Positions 51,278-61,088 of a stretch of 64,000 nt of DNA are shown in pieces. Every line of letters starts with the position of its first letter. Within the stretch, counting starts at the first letter, position 1. The DNA lies in the NCBI GenBank assembly GCA_963705105.1, contig CAVPIW010000005.1, positions 288,001 to 352,000 on the forward strand, given 5' to 3'. The translations under genes were made by a program, and so were the position numbers. This DNA is from an uncultured Nitrospiraceae bacterium. Its GTDB lineage: Bacteria; Nitrospirota; Thermodesulfovibrionia; Thermodesulfovibrionales; Dissulfurispiraceae. The notes under the pieces are model-generated. The model had not been told where the DNA came from, ran no database searches, and worked only from the letters and a program-made list of their open reading frames with translations.

Positions 51278-51348
51278 CAATGAGTCAATTTGGCAGTCCT
51301 ATGTTGTTGAACACGTAACGTAGTAGCGGAGGGGGTCAAGTAGCGGAG

Positions 51349-52276
51349 GGGGTCAGGTCTTGTTTCTTGCATTTTCCATCCTGCTGATCCTGCTTACCGT
51401 TGAGGAATGGATGCCGAGGAAATCCCCAACCTCCTTCAGGCTGTATCCATGTTCCATAACGGCCCTTTTGATCGCTGATGCCCTATGCTTTTCGCCTGTA
51501 GTCCCCTCTTCCTCAAACAGGCTTTCAAGTGATGGCCTTCCCGCATATCGCTGCCTCTTGGGGATCTCTTTGATATCCATCTGTCCTTTGACGTATCCGT
51601 GCAGGCGGTCGACGAAGTCCTCATCACCAAGGATGCTCTGCCCTTTGACCTTCTCCCATATCCCTTTTTCATTTATGCCGGCCGCCACAAACTCACGGTA
51701 TTTTGTCGCAGCCTGCCGCCTCTTTGATCCGAATTGTCCCAGGATCCAGTCCGTTGTGAGGCAGAGATGAGGTTCTTCAAGGGCCGCCATCGCTCGGTAA
51801 CTGCTCCATGTCCAGTCCTCGGGCTTTCCTGCTGCTTTCGCCCTGACCGGATTCAGAACAACGTATCTGCAAACCTCAAGGAGATAACTTTCCTTCTCTA
51901 TCAGGATCGCCTTATACCTGCCCTGAAGGAGGTGGCCGACACGGGTATGTCGTTTGTTGAAAAGCTGCGTGTATACGCCGTTAAGTTGTCTCATGCCTCG
52001 CGAGAGGTTTCCCTCCGGTGTTTCAACAACCAGGTGATAGTGATTGTTCATGAGACAGTAGGCGTGGCAGAGCCAATTGTAGCGTTTGTTGACTTCATGG
52101 AGGATATCAAGGAAGGCCCGTCGGTCAGCATCGTCCCGATAAATGAGTTTCCGCTCATTACCCCGGGAGGTTATGTGATAGAGTGCACCGTCGTATTCTA
52201 TCCTCAGCGGCCGGGCCATTTCACCTAAGAATAGCATATCTCCATGGGGAGATTGCAAGAAACAAGACCTGACCCC
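51349..52276. mobile_element. Element with perfect 23-bp TIRs enclosing a Y1 transposase
   Basis: ggggtcaggtcttgtttcttgca (51349-51371) / tgcaagaaacaagacctgacccc (52254-52276). Confidence 0.85.
51353..52219 (-). CDS. Y1 HUH transposase (RAYT/IS200-like) with C-terminal HTH
   Basis: MARPLRIEY..YHITSRGN..YCLMNNHYHL..RYVVLNPVRA..WSSY; stop codon lies inside the TIR. Confidence 0.9.
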   Translation of the reverse strand: MARPLRIEYDGALYHITSRGNERKLIYRDDADRRAFLDILHEVNKRYNWLCHAYCLMNNHYHLVVETPEGNLSRGMRQLNGVYTQLFNKRHTRVGHLLQGRYKAILIEKESYLLEVCRYVVLNPVRAKAAGKPEDWTWSSYRAMAALEEPHLCLTTDWILGQFGSKRRQAATKYREFVAAGINEKGIWEKVKGQSILGDEDFVDRLHGYVKGQMDIKEIPKRQRYAGRPSLESLFEEEGTTGEKHRASAIKRAVMEHGYSLKEVGDFLGIHSSTVSRISRMENARNKT

Positions 52277-52291
52277 ATGATCGCTTCACTG

Positions 52292-53074
52292 TCAGCCCAT
52301 GATGTTCAGGCCGCTGTCGACGTACAGCACCTCTCCCGTCATATGACGTGCGAAGGGGGACGCGAGGTAGGCACAGGCATAGCCCACATCCATGATGCCG
52401 ACAAGTTCTCCCATTGGCGAGCGGGCTGCCGCTGAGTTCACCATCTGGTCGAAGTCCTTCAATCCTGAAGCGGCCCTTGTCTTGACAGGTCCCGGCGAGA
52501 TCGCGTGGACGCGGATCTTCTGCGGCCCGAGCTCCCAGGCAAGATAACGGCAGACCGATTCGAGGGCTGCCTTGACCGGCCCCATGACGTTGTAATTGGA
52601 CACGACCTTGTCGGCGCCGTGAAAGGTCATCGTGAAGAGGCTGCCGCCATCCTTCATGAGCGGCGCGGCGAGCCGTGCCATGCAGATGAAGGAGTGGCAG
52701 GAGATATCCATCGCCATGGCAAAACCTGCGGAGGAACAGTTGAGAATGCCTCCCTGCAGGTCGTCCTTCGGGGCGAATGCGATGGCGTGGACGAGCATGT
52801 CCAGTTTGCCCCACTCCTTTTCGATGCGCCCGAAGACCGCCTCCAGTTCTCCCGGTTTGGACACATCAAGGGGCATGAAGATCGGGGCCTCCAGCTCCTT
52901 TGCCAATGGTTCGACATAGGGTTTCGCCTTCTCGTTCAGATAAGTGACCGCCAGGTCGGCGCCCCACTCCCTGAAGGCCTTCGCGCACCCATAGGCGATG
53001 GAATGTTCGTTCGCAATCCCGGCCACCAATGCCTTTGCGCCCGCAAGCGCACCGTTAGGGAACCTACTCATCAT
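52292..53074 (-). CDS. fabI: Enoyl-ACP reductase
   Basis: GIANEHSIAYG, HAIAFAP, YNVMGPVKAALE, SPGPVKTRAASG. Confidence 0.92.
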   Translation of the reverse strand: MMSRFPNGALAGAKALVAGIANEHSIAYGCAKAFREWGADLAVTYLNEKAKPYVEPLAKELEAPIFMPLDVSKPGELEAVFGRIEKEWGKLDMLVHAIAFAPKDDLQGGILNCSSAGFAMAMDISCHSFICMARLAAPLMKDGGSLFTMTFHGADKVVSNYNVMGPVKAALESVCRYLAWELGPQKIRVHAISPGPVKTRAASGLKDFDQMVNSAAARSPMGELVGIMDVGYACAYLASPFARHMTGEVLYVDSGLNIMG

Positions 53075-53102
53075 CCTGTAACCTCCTTTACCTCAGCGTT
53101 TA

Positions 53103-53311
53103 CCATTGTGTTACATATGCCTTCCGGAAGGCGGGGCGAAGATGCCGAAAAGCCTTGGTGCTGCGAAACCTTTGCCTTCCCATACGGATCATTTCAGGCT
53201 AACGGTTTATGACAGGTCGGGTGAAACCCCAATGTCCAATTTCAAATGATCATGCTCGCTATCAGCAAGGCTTTGAGGCAATTTGTCCCGCCTTTTCACG
53301 CAACGACGAGG
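53103..53311. mobile_element. MITE family A copy (interior type II) between ackA and fabI
   Basis: CC..GG ends; flanks TTTA/CTTA, the latter including the ackA stop. Confidence 0.72.
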
Positions 53312-53312
53312 C

Positions 53313-54491
53313 TTATCCAAGCACTCGCCTCGTATGGCGCGCGATCATCATTTCTTCGTTGGTCGGAATGACCCACGCTGCAACCCGTGATGCACCGGTG
53401 CTGATGCGGGGACCTCCTGCCCTGTTTGCATCGGCGTCAAGCTCCACGCCAAGCCATGCTGCATCGAGGCAGACGCGTTCCCGTATCTGCGCCGAGTTTT
53501 CACCGATCCCGCCGGTGAACACGATCGCATCGACTCCTCCGAGGGCCGCGACGAGCGATCCCATCTCACGCCTGATGCGATAGAGAAAAACGTCGATGGC
53601 GATGCGTGCCCCCGGCTCGTCGCTCGCCAGCAGGGTCCGCATGTCGCTCGATAGGCCCGACAGGCCGAGCAGTCCGGACTGCGTGTAGATCAGCTTCTCA
53701 ATGGCCCGGGCGTCCATGCCGCGCCCATCCATGAGATACAGGAGAACTCCCGGGTCCAGGGCGCCGCTCCGCGTCCCCATGGGCAGGCCCTCGACACCGC
53801 TGAACCCCATGGTGCTCGTCATGCTCCTGCAGTTTTCCAGGGCACACATGCTTGCGCCGTTGCCGAGATGGAGCACGACGGTCCTGCCCGAAGCCGCCCC
53901 CTTATCGAACTCCGGCAGCACCGAGGCGATGTATTCATAGGACAGGCCGTGAAAGCCGTAGCGCATCACTCCCGCCTCTGCGTACTCCCGGGGCAGCGCG
54001 TAGAGTTGGGCTACGTGGGGGTTTGTGCGATGAAAGGAGGTGTCAAAACAGGCGACCTGGGGGAGGTCGGGGCGGCGTTCCAGGAGGAGCCGGATGGGCG
54101 CCAGGTTGTTCGGCTGGTGGAGCGGGACGAGAGGGATCAGCCGCTCAAGGGCGGCCAGCACCTCCGCGTCGACCCGCACCGGCTGCGTGTAATCCAACCC
54201 CCCGTGGACGACGCGATGGCCGACACCTAAGAGGTGGTGGCCGGAAAATTCACCCCGCACATATGCGACCAGGTGTTCGAGGGCCCCTTCATGGCCGAGC
54301 TTGGTGCCCTCAGGCCATGACTTCTCAGAGATGACCGTGCCTTCCCCGTCTTTTGCAACGAAGTGCGGAGCGGTGTAGATGCCCTCGGCCTGCCCGCGGG
54401 CAAGGATCTCCGCCTGACCGTCGCGGAGGACGAAAAGAGAAAACTTAATGCTCGAGGAACCGGCGTTCAGGACTGCAATCGTATCCGCCAT
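53313..54491 (-). CDS. ackA: Acetate/propionate kinase
   Basis: LNAGSSSIKF, GHRVVHGG, FDTSFH, RYGFHGLS, HLGNGAS, FTGGIGEN, PTNEE. Confidence 0.95.
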   Translation of the reverse strand: MADTIAVLNAGSSSIKFSLFVLRDGQAEILARGQAEGIYTAPHFVAKDGEGTVISEKSWPEGTKLGHEGALEHLVAYVRGEFSGHHLLGVGHRVVHGGLDYTQPVRVDAEVLAALERLIPLVPLHQPNNLAPIRLLLERRPDLPQVACFDTSFHRTNPHVAQLYALPREYAEAGVMRYGFHGLSYEYIASVLPEFDKGAASGRTVVLHLGNGASMCALENCRSMTSTMGFSGVEGLPMGTRSGALDPGVLLYLMDGRGMDARAIEKLIYTQSGLLGLSGLSSDMRTLLASDEPGARIAIDVFLYRIRREMGSLVAALGGVDAIVFTGGIGENSAQIRERVCLDAAWLGVELDADANRAGGPRISTGASRVAAWVIPTNEEMMIARHTRRVLG

Positions 54492-54499
54492 ATGACGCC

Positions 54500-55894
54500 T
54501 CACATGTTCTGACCCGGCGCCGCACCGCGCTTCGCATGGGCGACGAGGGTCATGACCGCAATGGATGCGAGACGGGTGCGCACGCTGTCGGCCCGGCTTG
54601 TGAGCACGATAGGCACACGGGTGCCCGCGATGATGCCCGCCCCGTCGGCGCCGGCCAGATACTGGAGCTGTTTCGCCAGCATGTTTCCCGCTTCCAAATC
54701 GGGGACGAGCAGGATATCTGCCCTTCCCGCCACGGGGGAATCGATCTTCTTCGTCCTCGCCGCCTGCTCACTGACCGCGTTGTCGAAGGCGAGGGGCCCG
54801 TCGAGGATACCACCGGTGATCTGTTTCCTGTCCGCCATCTTGCAGAGCGACGCCGCCTCGATGGTGGAAGGGATGTCGGGGTTCACCGTCTCGACGGCCG
54901 AGAGGATCGCCACCTTCGGCTCTTCGATCCCCAGGATATGGGCGAGGTCGATGGCGTTCTGGACGATGTCCACCTTCTCCTTGAGCCCAGGAGCGATGTT
55001 GATGGCGGCATCCGTCACCAGAAGGACCCGCGGATAGGTGGGTACGTCCATGACGAAGACGTGGCTGATGCGGCGCGTCGTGCGAAGCCCAGTGGCCGAA
55101 GGCACAACAGCGCTCATCAGCTCGTCCGTATGGAGACTCCCCTTCATGAGGGCCTCCACCTCGCCGGCTCGGGCCATGGCCACTGCCTTCTCCGCGGCTG
55201 CATGGCTGTGCTCCACATCCACGATACGATACGATGAGATGTCCACGCCCGCACCCTGGGCCGCTTCACGGATCTTTGCCCCGGGCCCGATCAGCACCGG
55301 CGTGATCAGTTTGCGTTTTGCCGCCTCGATCGGTCCGGCAAGGGAGTCGTGATCGCAGGGGTGGACAACGGCGCAGATCACCGGCTGCAGTCCCTCACAG
55401 CTCCTGATGAGGCGGGCGAAAACGTCGGTGCGGCGGAAGATGACCTCCGGTGTGGCCAGATCGGTATAACTGATGCGCTTCACCGGCGCCGCAACGGTCG
55501 CTGTGCCGGAGGCGATCACGTCGCCCGTCTCGTTCGTGCAGCGGCAGTCGAAGAGGATCTCCTTCCCCTCCGTTCGTTTCTCCCTCGCCGTGACTGTCGC
55601 CGAGAGGGTGTCGCCCAGCACGATGCGTCCGTGGAATGTGAGGTTATGGGAGAGGATCGTCGTGCCCGGTCCGGGCAGCCGGCGGTTGAGGAGATGGGAG
55701 AAAAGGGCCTCGGCGGCCACCGGTTCGGCCGACGGAATATGTTCCGGCCCACGTTCCCGTTCGACATGGGCCTCGTCGACATCTCCTGACACGAGGATGA
55801 GAGATTCCACATCGGTCCGGGACATGGTGCGAGAAACGGTGACGGACTGGCCGACCTCGATCTCGTCGAATGTCACATTGGTGAAAGAGCTCAT
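54500..55894 (-). CDS. Bifunctional MaoC-like hydratase / phosphate acyltransferase
   Basis: N-terminal hotdog (LPGPGT); LMKGSLHTDE, TDAAINIAP, DGPLAFDNA, LTSRAD. Confidence 0.9.
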   Translation of the reverse strand: MSSFTNVTFDEIEVGQSVTVSRTMSRTDVESLILVSGDVDEAHVERERGPEHIPSAEPVAAEALFSHLLNRRLPGPGTTILSHNLTFHGRIVLGDTLSATVTAREKRTEGKEILFDCRCTNETGDVIASGTATVAAPVKRISYTDLATPEVIFRRTDVFARLIRSCEGLQPVICAVVHPCDHDSLAGPIEAAKRKLITPVLIGPGAKIREAAQGAGVDISSYRIVDVEHSHAAAEKAVAMARAGEVEALMKGSLHTDELMSAVVPSATGLRTTRRISHVFVMDVPTYPRVLLVTDAAINIAPGLKEKVDIVQNAIDLAHILGIEEPKVAILSAVETVNPDIPSTIEAASLCKMADRKQITGGILDGPLAFDNAVSEQAARTKKIDSPVAGRADILLVPDLEAGNMLAKQLQYLAGADGAGIIAGTRVPIVLTSRADSVRTRLASIAVMTLVAHAKRGAAPGQNM

Positions 55895-58221
55895 GATTTC
55901 GCCCCCTTGCTCATCCGGGGCATTTCTTTCTCCTTGAGGTCGAGCACCTCTCCGATACGCTTCAGCATGGCCCGCTGCTCCGGGGTCGCCCCCTCCAGGT
56001 GTACGCGCTTGTCGGAGAGCACGCGGTCGAAGAAGGTCAGCAGCTTCTTCCTGTCCGCCGGGTCTTGCAGGAGCCGGGGCAGGGTCTCAATGGCCTTTTC
56101 GGGCTCGTAACGGACGACGATCTCCTGCTCGCCCCTGATGCGGCGCATCTGATCGCGGGGCATGTCGGGAAGGAGGTCCCGGTATTCTCCTATCAGCTCC
56201 TCTTTGAGGTCCATCCGCGACAGCGGGATCGGCTCGCCGCGGCGTGCAAGGAGCGCCCCTACGCGTGCCAGGGCCTCGGGATAGCCGCCCTCTCCTATGG
56301 AAGCGAGCGCTTCCTGCACGAACGGCAGCTCCCGAGGGTCCTGCGCCTTCGGCACTTCGGCCGCTTTCGCCTCCTGCTTGTCCTCCATATACAGGATGAA
56401 CATGGCGCCGTATGTCTGAAAGAAGAGGGCCTCGCTGACGGCGTCACGGATGTCACGGTACAAGTTGAAAGAGGCGCTCAGGAGGTCCGACACCATTCGC
56501 TCCGCTCTGCGGAGGGGCTGGTCGGGCTCAACAGGCTGACGTTGCTGTTTGACGTATTCTGCAGCGGGCTTGAGCCACCAGAGCCAGGGGTTCCGGTCAG
56601 AAAAGAACCAGCGCTGGAAGCGGAGCGGGTGAAATTCGCGGGCCAGTTTGGCCGACATATTGTTGGACAGGGCCTGGACCAGGGGCTGTGCAAAAAGCTC
56701 GTAGGCCTGCTGGTTGAAATCGGAAATCGCCTCGACGGCCTCGAAGGGCTTCTCGTCGGCACGTTTGAGGCGGTTGAGCCGACCGACGACATCCTCGAGC
56801 CGGTGTTCGATGAATTCGACGTCGTACCGGACCTTGCCGTCGTCACCCTTCGATTCATTTATCTTCATGCCGTAGAGCCCGGGAGGGAGGGCCTCGATGG
56901 ACTTCAGAACCGAAACGATCTGCTTGTGCTCCTTCTTCGCGACCTTACCGGACACGAATATGCCCAGGTGACCGATGTCCTGGTGCAGCAGGCCGACGAT
57001 CGTCTGCCCCCGGGCCTTGATCTCATCGGTCGAGCCGTACACGTCCGCAACCCAGTTGAATGCCTGCTGCGGCGGCGTGATGTTGTCGCCCATAGAGGCG
57101 AAGAGGACGATCGGGGATTTGATCTCGCGCAGATCGAAGGGTTTGCCGCCCTTCGCCCGCACTTTACCCGTCCACAGGTCGTTTCCGACGAAAAGCTCCT
57201 GGACGATCCACTCTATCTCCTCCCGGTTAAGGAGGTAGAAGCCTCCCCACCACCGCTCAAACTCCAGGAAACGGGGCGGTTCCGTGTCGACGTTGGCAAA
57301 TACATGATAGTACTTGTCCCAGAAGGTATTCGCCGGGTTCAGGTTTTCCATGTTCTGGACGAGATAGGCGCCGTCGAACAGACCGTCGCCGAGGTCGGCC
57401 GCCAAAGAGGCCATCCAAGTCCCGCCGAGCATGCCGCCGGCATACCGCATGGGGTTGTCGCCCTCTCCCTCTTTCCAGGCGCCGCCCCAATAAGACATGG
57501 GCGCCCCGTTGATCACGATCGGGCCCGTATCATCAGGGTCCGAGGCGGCGAGCATCATGGCCGCCCATCCGCCCTGGCAGTTGCCGAGGATGGCCGGCTT
57601 GGAGCTATCGGGATGCAACTCCCGGACCTTATGCACAAAATGCGACTCGGCTTCACACACGTCAAGCAGCGTCTGTCCGGGCTCCGGTTGCGGAAAGAAG
57701 ATGATGAAATAGACCGGGTGCCCCTCGCGCAATGCCACACCGACCTGCGAGTCGTCCTTGAAACCGCCGATGCCAGGGCCGTGGCCGGCGCGCGGATCGA
57801 TGATGATATAGGGGCGACGCTTCGGGTCGACGGTCACTCCCGCGGGAGGAATGATGCGCAGGAGGGCATAATTCACGGGACGCTCGAACGTGCGGGCGTC
57901 AACGACGATTTCGTAGTCGAAGTGCAGGACCGGCGGCTTGCCGGCCTGTTCGTGCTCGACGAAATTATCGCCCCTCCGGCGAATCGTATCCCAGAACAGG
58001 ACCGAGCGCTGCGCGAAGTCCGTGGAGTACTGCAGCCAGTTCGTCCAGATTTCCCAGGGCGATAGAGGCTTGCCGACGAGGTCGGCGATCTGCTTGCTGT
58101 ATGCCGCCTGAACGCTCTCATTGAAACGCTTCTGGGCCAGCTCCACCCGTTTCCGGAAGAGCTTGCCGACTTTGGCTGAGAGCTCCTGGTTCTCAGCGAT
58201 CTTCTTTGACACATCCTTCAT
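55891..58221 (-). CDS. DUF3141 alpha/beta-hydrolase (PHA synthase-like)
   Basis: DPRAGHGPGIGGFK, GNCQGGW, GDNITPPQQA, GHLGIFVSG. Confidence 0.88.
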   Translation of the reverse strand: MKDVSKKIAENQELSAKVGKLFRKRVELAQKRFNESVQAAYSKQIADLVGKPLSPWEIWTNWLQYSTDFAQRSVLFWDTIRRRGDNFVEHEQAGKPPVLHFDYEIVVDARTFERPVNYALLRIIPPAGVTVDPKRRPYIIIDPRAGHGPGIGGFKDDSQVGVALREGHPVYFIIFFPQPEPGQTLLDVCEAESHFVHKVRELHPDSSKPAILGNCQGGWAAMMLAASDPDDTGPIVINGAPMSYWGGAWKEGEGDNPMRYAGGMLGGTWMASLAADLGDGLFDGAYLVQNMENLNPANTFWDKYYHVFANVDTEPPRFLEFERWWGGFYLLNREEIEWIVQELFVGNDLWTGKVRAKGGKPFDLREIKSPIVLFASMGDNITPPQQAFNWVADVYGSTDEIKARGQTIVGLLHQDIGHLGIFVSGKVAKKEHKQIVSVLKSIEALPPGLYGMKINESKGDDGKVRYDVEFIEHRLEDVVGRLNRLKRADEKPFEAVEAISDFNQQAYELFAQPLVQALSNNMSAKLAREFHPLRFQRWFFSDRNPWLWWLKPAAEYVKQQRQPVEPDQPLRRAERMVSDLLSASFNLYRDIRDAVSEALFFQTYGAMFILYMEDKQEAKAAEVPKAQDPRELPFVQEALASIGEGGYPEALARVGALLARRGEPIPLSRMDLKEELIGEYRDLLPDMPRDQMRRIRGEQEIVVRYEPEKAIETLPRLLQDPADRKKLLTFFDRVLSDKRVHLEGATPEQRAMLKRIGEVLDLKEKEMPRMSKGAKS

Positions 58222-58263
58222 GGTTACCTCCCCAAGTAATAGTAGTCATTAAGTCATTAAATC

Positions 58264-58425
58264 ATTATTAACCCGGCAATTAAACAGATGAACTGCGCTA
58301 TGCTTTGTCATTCCGGCTTGTCCGGAATCCTTCCCTATTTTCAGAAGGATTGCCGACGCCCCCGCATCAAGTGCGGGGTTGCGGCAATGACAGGATTACT
58401 GGTATTTAATTGGCGGGTAAATAGT
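58264..58425. repeat. REP-containing element family C copy 2
   Basis: Same ends as 48867-48979; internal gtcattccggcttgtccggaatcc / ggattgccg..gcggcaatgac. Confidence 0.7.
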
Positions 58426-58442
58426 CAGCAGTCGAAGTCGGG

Positions 58443-58699
58443 ACCACGTTACGATTGCCCAAGCGGGAAGGCTGATGTGGTGAAAAGCCTTTCCGCTAAG
58501 ATACCCTGTTCATCCCCAGACCACCCTTTGCCGTGTCTGTTGATATCACAAGCCCGACAGGCAACAGGCGCTGAACACCCTGAGATGTCTCATCATCGCA
58601 TTGGAAAGGCCTTGAACCATATCTGCCTTCCCGGAGACAGTGTCGCCATCAGCAAGGCTTCGAGGCACTTTGTCCCGCCTTTTCACGCAACTGCAGAGT
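58443..58699. mobile_element. Family A-type element with Z module (58464-58633)
   Basis: 170-bp Z module followed by the family A arm gtcgccatcagcaaggcttcgaggc..ccgccttttcacgcaac. Confidence 0.68.
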
Positions 58700-58703
58700 C
58701 AAT

Positions 58704-59660
58704 TCACTCGACCTTCTTCCAGGACGGATCGGGATCGTACTTCTTGATCTTCCCGGCAAGACGTGCCGTGTCCGGCCCGAGGTCCTTCTGGTAGACGACC
58801 CCTTCGTGATTCACCATGAAGGTCATGATGCCCGAGGAGCCGTACTTTGCCGGGTGTGCCACCATGCCGTAACCGAGGATCATCTTGCCCTTTGCAACGT
58901 AATCAAAGGCGCCGCCGTTTGCATGTTTTCCCTGCGCCTTCAGGATATTGAAGTAGTATCCATGGAAAGGAGCAGGCTTGCCTCCGCCACCTTTCTTCCC
59001 GTAACCCTCGGCGGCAGCCCGCGCAATGCGTGGACCGACAGGGCTTTCGGGTTCTCCTTCCTTCGGCTCCCAGTACAGACCGTCCTTCTTGCCGGGAGTG
59101 CTCATGATCTTCTGCGCGTAAGGGTAGATGCCATCGCCGTCCCAGTCCCTGTTGGCATACTCGCGCTGTAAATCCACGTAGGCCCGCATGATTTCGATGA
59201 CGCGGAGTTCGTTCCTGCCGATCCGGCGGTTGAAGAGCTCCTGCTGCCCCGCCTTCACGTCGAAGTACCACGCATCCCCCCTCTTCACGACGGGGATCGG
59301 AAAAGGCCAGTCATCGGCGCCGACGGAGAGGACGGCCTTGTTTGCCGACGGTTTCTCGATCTTGTGCTTCTCGTCATAGGCGGCTAAAAAGCGTGCAACG
59401 TCGGCCTTATCCGCCACGGGATCGCCCGAGGACAACAGGCCTTTGCCCCCTAGAATGGCCCAGACAGCCTCGTTGTCATTGGCCTTGATGCCGTTTACAA
59501 AGGCAGTGACCGCCTCTTCGGGAGAGGCAAAGCCTTTTTGCTTTATGGCCTTCGCCCCGGCGTCGCTGGCGACGCCGAAGAAAAGGGAAACAGCCAGAAT
59601 CAGGCTGAAAAGGAATCCGCACAGTGTAACCTTTTGCAGCGTGTGCAGTGCATTCTTCAT
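58704..59660 (-). CDS. DUF2950 family protein
   Basis: FASPEEA, WPFPIP, RRIGRNEL, YAQKIMSTPGKKDGLYW, PFHGYYF. Confidence 0.9.
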   Translation of the reverse strand: MKNALHTLQKVTLCGFLFSLILAVSLFFGVASDAGAKAIKQKGFASPEEAVTAFVNGIKANDNEAVWAILGGKGLLSSGDPVADKADVARFLAAYDEKHKIEKPSANKAVLSVGADDWPFPIPVVKRGDAWYFDVKAGQQELFNRRIGRNELRVIEIMRAYVDLQREYANRDWDGDGIYPYAQKIMSTPGKKDGLYWEPKEGEPESPVGPRIARAAAEGYGKKGGGGKPAPFHGYYFNILKAQGKHANGGAFDYVAKGKMILGYGMVAHPAKYGSSGIMTFMVNHEGVVYQKDLGPDTARLAGKIKKYDPDPSWKKVE

Positions 59661-59741
59661 GTGTTCCTCCCATCGGGAAATGTGCTGCGGTCTGCTCACT
59701 GAGTGCAAGGCACCTGTGAGCCCGGCGACAGGTGAAGCAGG

Positions 59742-61007
59742 CTACCTGCGGCCTCCGCCTCCGCGGCCACCACCGCCACCGCCACGGGACCCACCGCCGG
59801 ACCCGCCGCTGAATCCGCCGCCGGACCCGCCGCCGCTCCGTGATCCGCTGCTCATTCCGCCAGCGCTGGCTCCACCACCGCCACGGGACCCGCTGCTCAT
59901 CTGGCTGCTGCTTCTGCTCGCCTGGCCCCGGTCGCTCGCCTGTTTATCAAAGCCACCCTGGCTTGAGCCGCTGAAGGCGCTGTCACGGCTTCCGCCGCGC
60001 TCGGCCCCGCCGGCCTTGCCGGAATCGGTCCGTGCACTCCGGTCGGAAGCACCGGCCTGCGCCCCGGAACCGCGTCCCTCAGAATATCCCCTGGTGTCCC
60101 GGCCTGCCTGCGATGTGCGCGCCGATGACTGCCCGTGCTTCTGGGCCGTCGCCTGGTCCCGGTAGGCGACTCCGCCCCGGTGGCCCGCGTCATGCTTCCA
60201 TGAACCCTTGCCGGCCTGGTTCACCTGTCCCTTGTTCTGCATCTGCTTCTGGTAATTTTGACGGTTGATATTGTTGTTTATGTTTGTGTTCCTGTTGACA
60301 TCGATATCGACATCGCCCCCTCTCCAGTTCGCATTGCCCCACGCATAGCCCCAGGCGGCGCCGATGGCAACCCCTGTAAGAAGAGCAGCACCTGCCCCAT
60401 ACGGATAATAGGGATAGGGCGGATATGACGGGTATGCCCATGCGCCGTAGACAACAGTCGGGTTGTATGTCGGCACATAGACGACCTGGGGGCTGGCAGA
60501 TTCGATGATGATGACCTCTTGTTCGACCTTGACAACCTGCTCCTTTGTCGTTTTCAGGTTGCCCTCCGCCTTTGCCTTTGCCCGAAGCTTCTGGATTGTG
60601 TTCATGACGTCTTTCTGCTGGGCGAGGAATGCGTCGCCCAACTTCTGTGTCAGGTCGAGCTTCTCGCTCATCATGGTCAGCACGTTGGGAAAGTTCACCA
60701 GGGACTTGACGCTCGGGTCCCAGGGCTGAGCCTCGAGGGCTTTCGTCAGTGCGTCACCCTTCATACTCTTGTTCTGCTTTGCCCAGCGATCAGCCTGCAC
60801 GACCTCAAGGGGATACGTGGAAGCCATCAGTATCTGGGTAAGCAGGGAGTCAGGGTAGAGCGCAATCGGCGCAAGAAGCTGCTCCAGCTCTTCCTGCTTG
60901 AAAGCGGGCTTCCCCCCCGCATCCTGCGCGGCGACGTTGAACGGCATGATCAGCGCCGCGATAAGCAATACACTCATCACGCGCATCCAGTTTCTTCGTT
61001 TGTTCAT
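59742..61007 (-). CDS. DUF3300 family protein with Gly-rich tail
   Basis: LAPIALYPDSLL..ASTYPLEV..WDPSVK..VYVPTYNP; adjacent to DUF2950. Confidence 0.92.
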   Translation of the reverse strand: MNKRRNWMRVMSVLLIAALIMPFNVAAQDAGGKPAFKQEELEQLLAPIALYPDSLLTQILMASTYPLEVVQADRWAKQNKSMKGDALTKALEAQPWDPSVKSLVNFPNVLTMMSEKLDLTQKLGDAFLAQQKDVMNTIQKLRAKAKAEGNLKTTKEQVVKVEQEVIIIESASPQVVYVPTYNPTVVYGAWAYPSYPPYPYYPYGAGAALLTGVAIGAAWGYAWGNANWRGGDVDIDVNRNTNINNNINRQNYQKQMQNKGQVNQAGKGSWKHDAGHRGGVAYRDQATAQKHGQSSARTSQAGRDTRGYSEGRGSGAQAGASDRSARTDSGKAGGAERGGSRDSAFSGSSQGGFDKQASDRGQASRSSSQMSSGSRGGGGASAGGMSSGSRSGGGSGGGFSGGSGGGSRGGGGGGRGGGGRR

Positions 61008-61088
61008 ATTTTCCTCCTTTACAGTTGCTCACAGAGCAGATGTCTTCAACATCCCGTTAAGTTCCACAGCATAGGACTTGCCATTTCC

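Noticed and set aside
48994..51280. Integron cassette array (run of small co-oriented genes with a TA pair)
   Set aside because: No attC-like sites or integrase seen; genes overlap or abut like an operon
59742..59960. GC-rich ccgccg tandem repeats
   Set aside because: Encode the Gly/Ser/Arg tail of the DUF3300 protein
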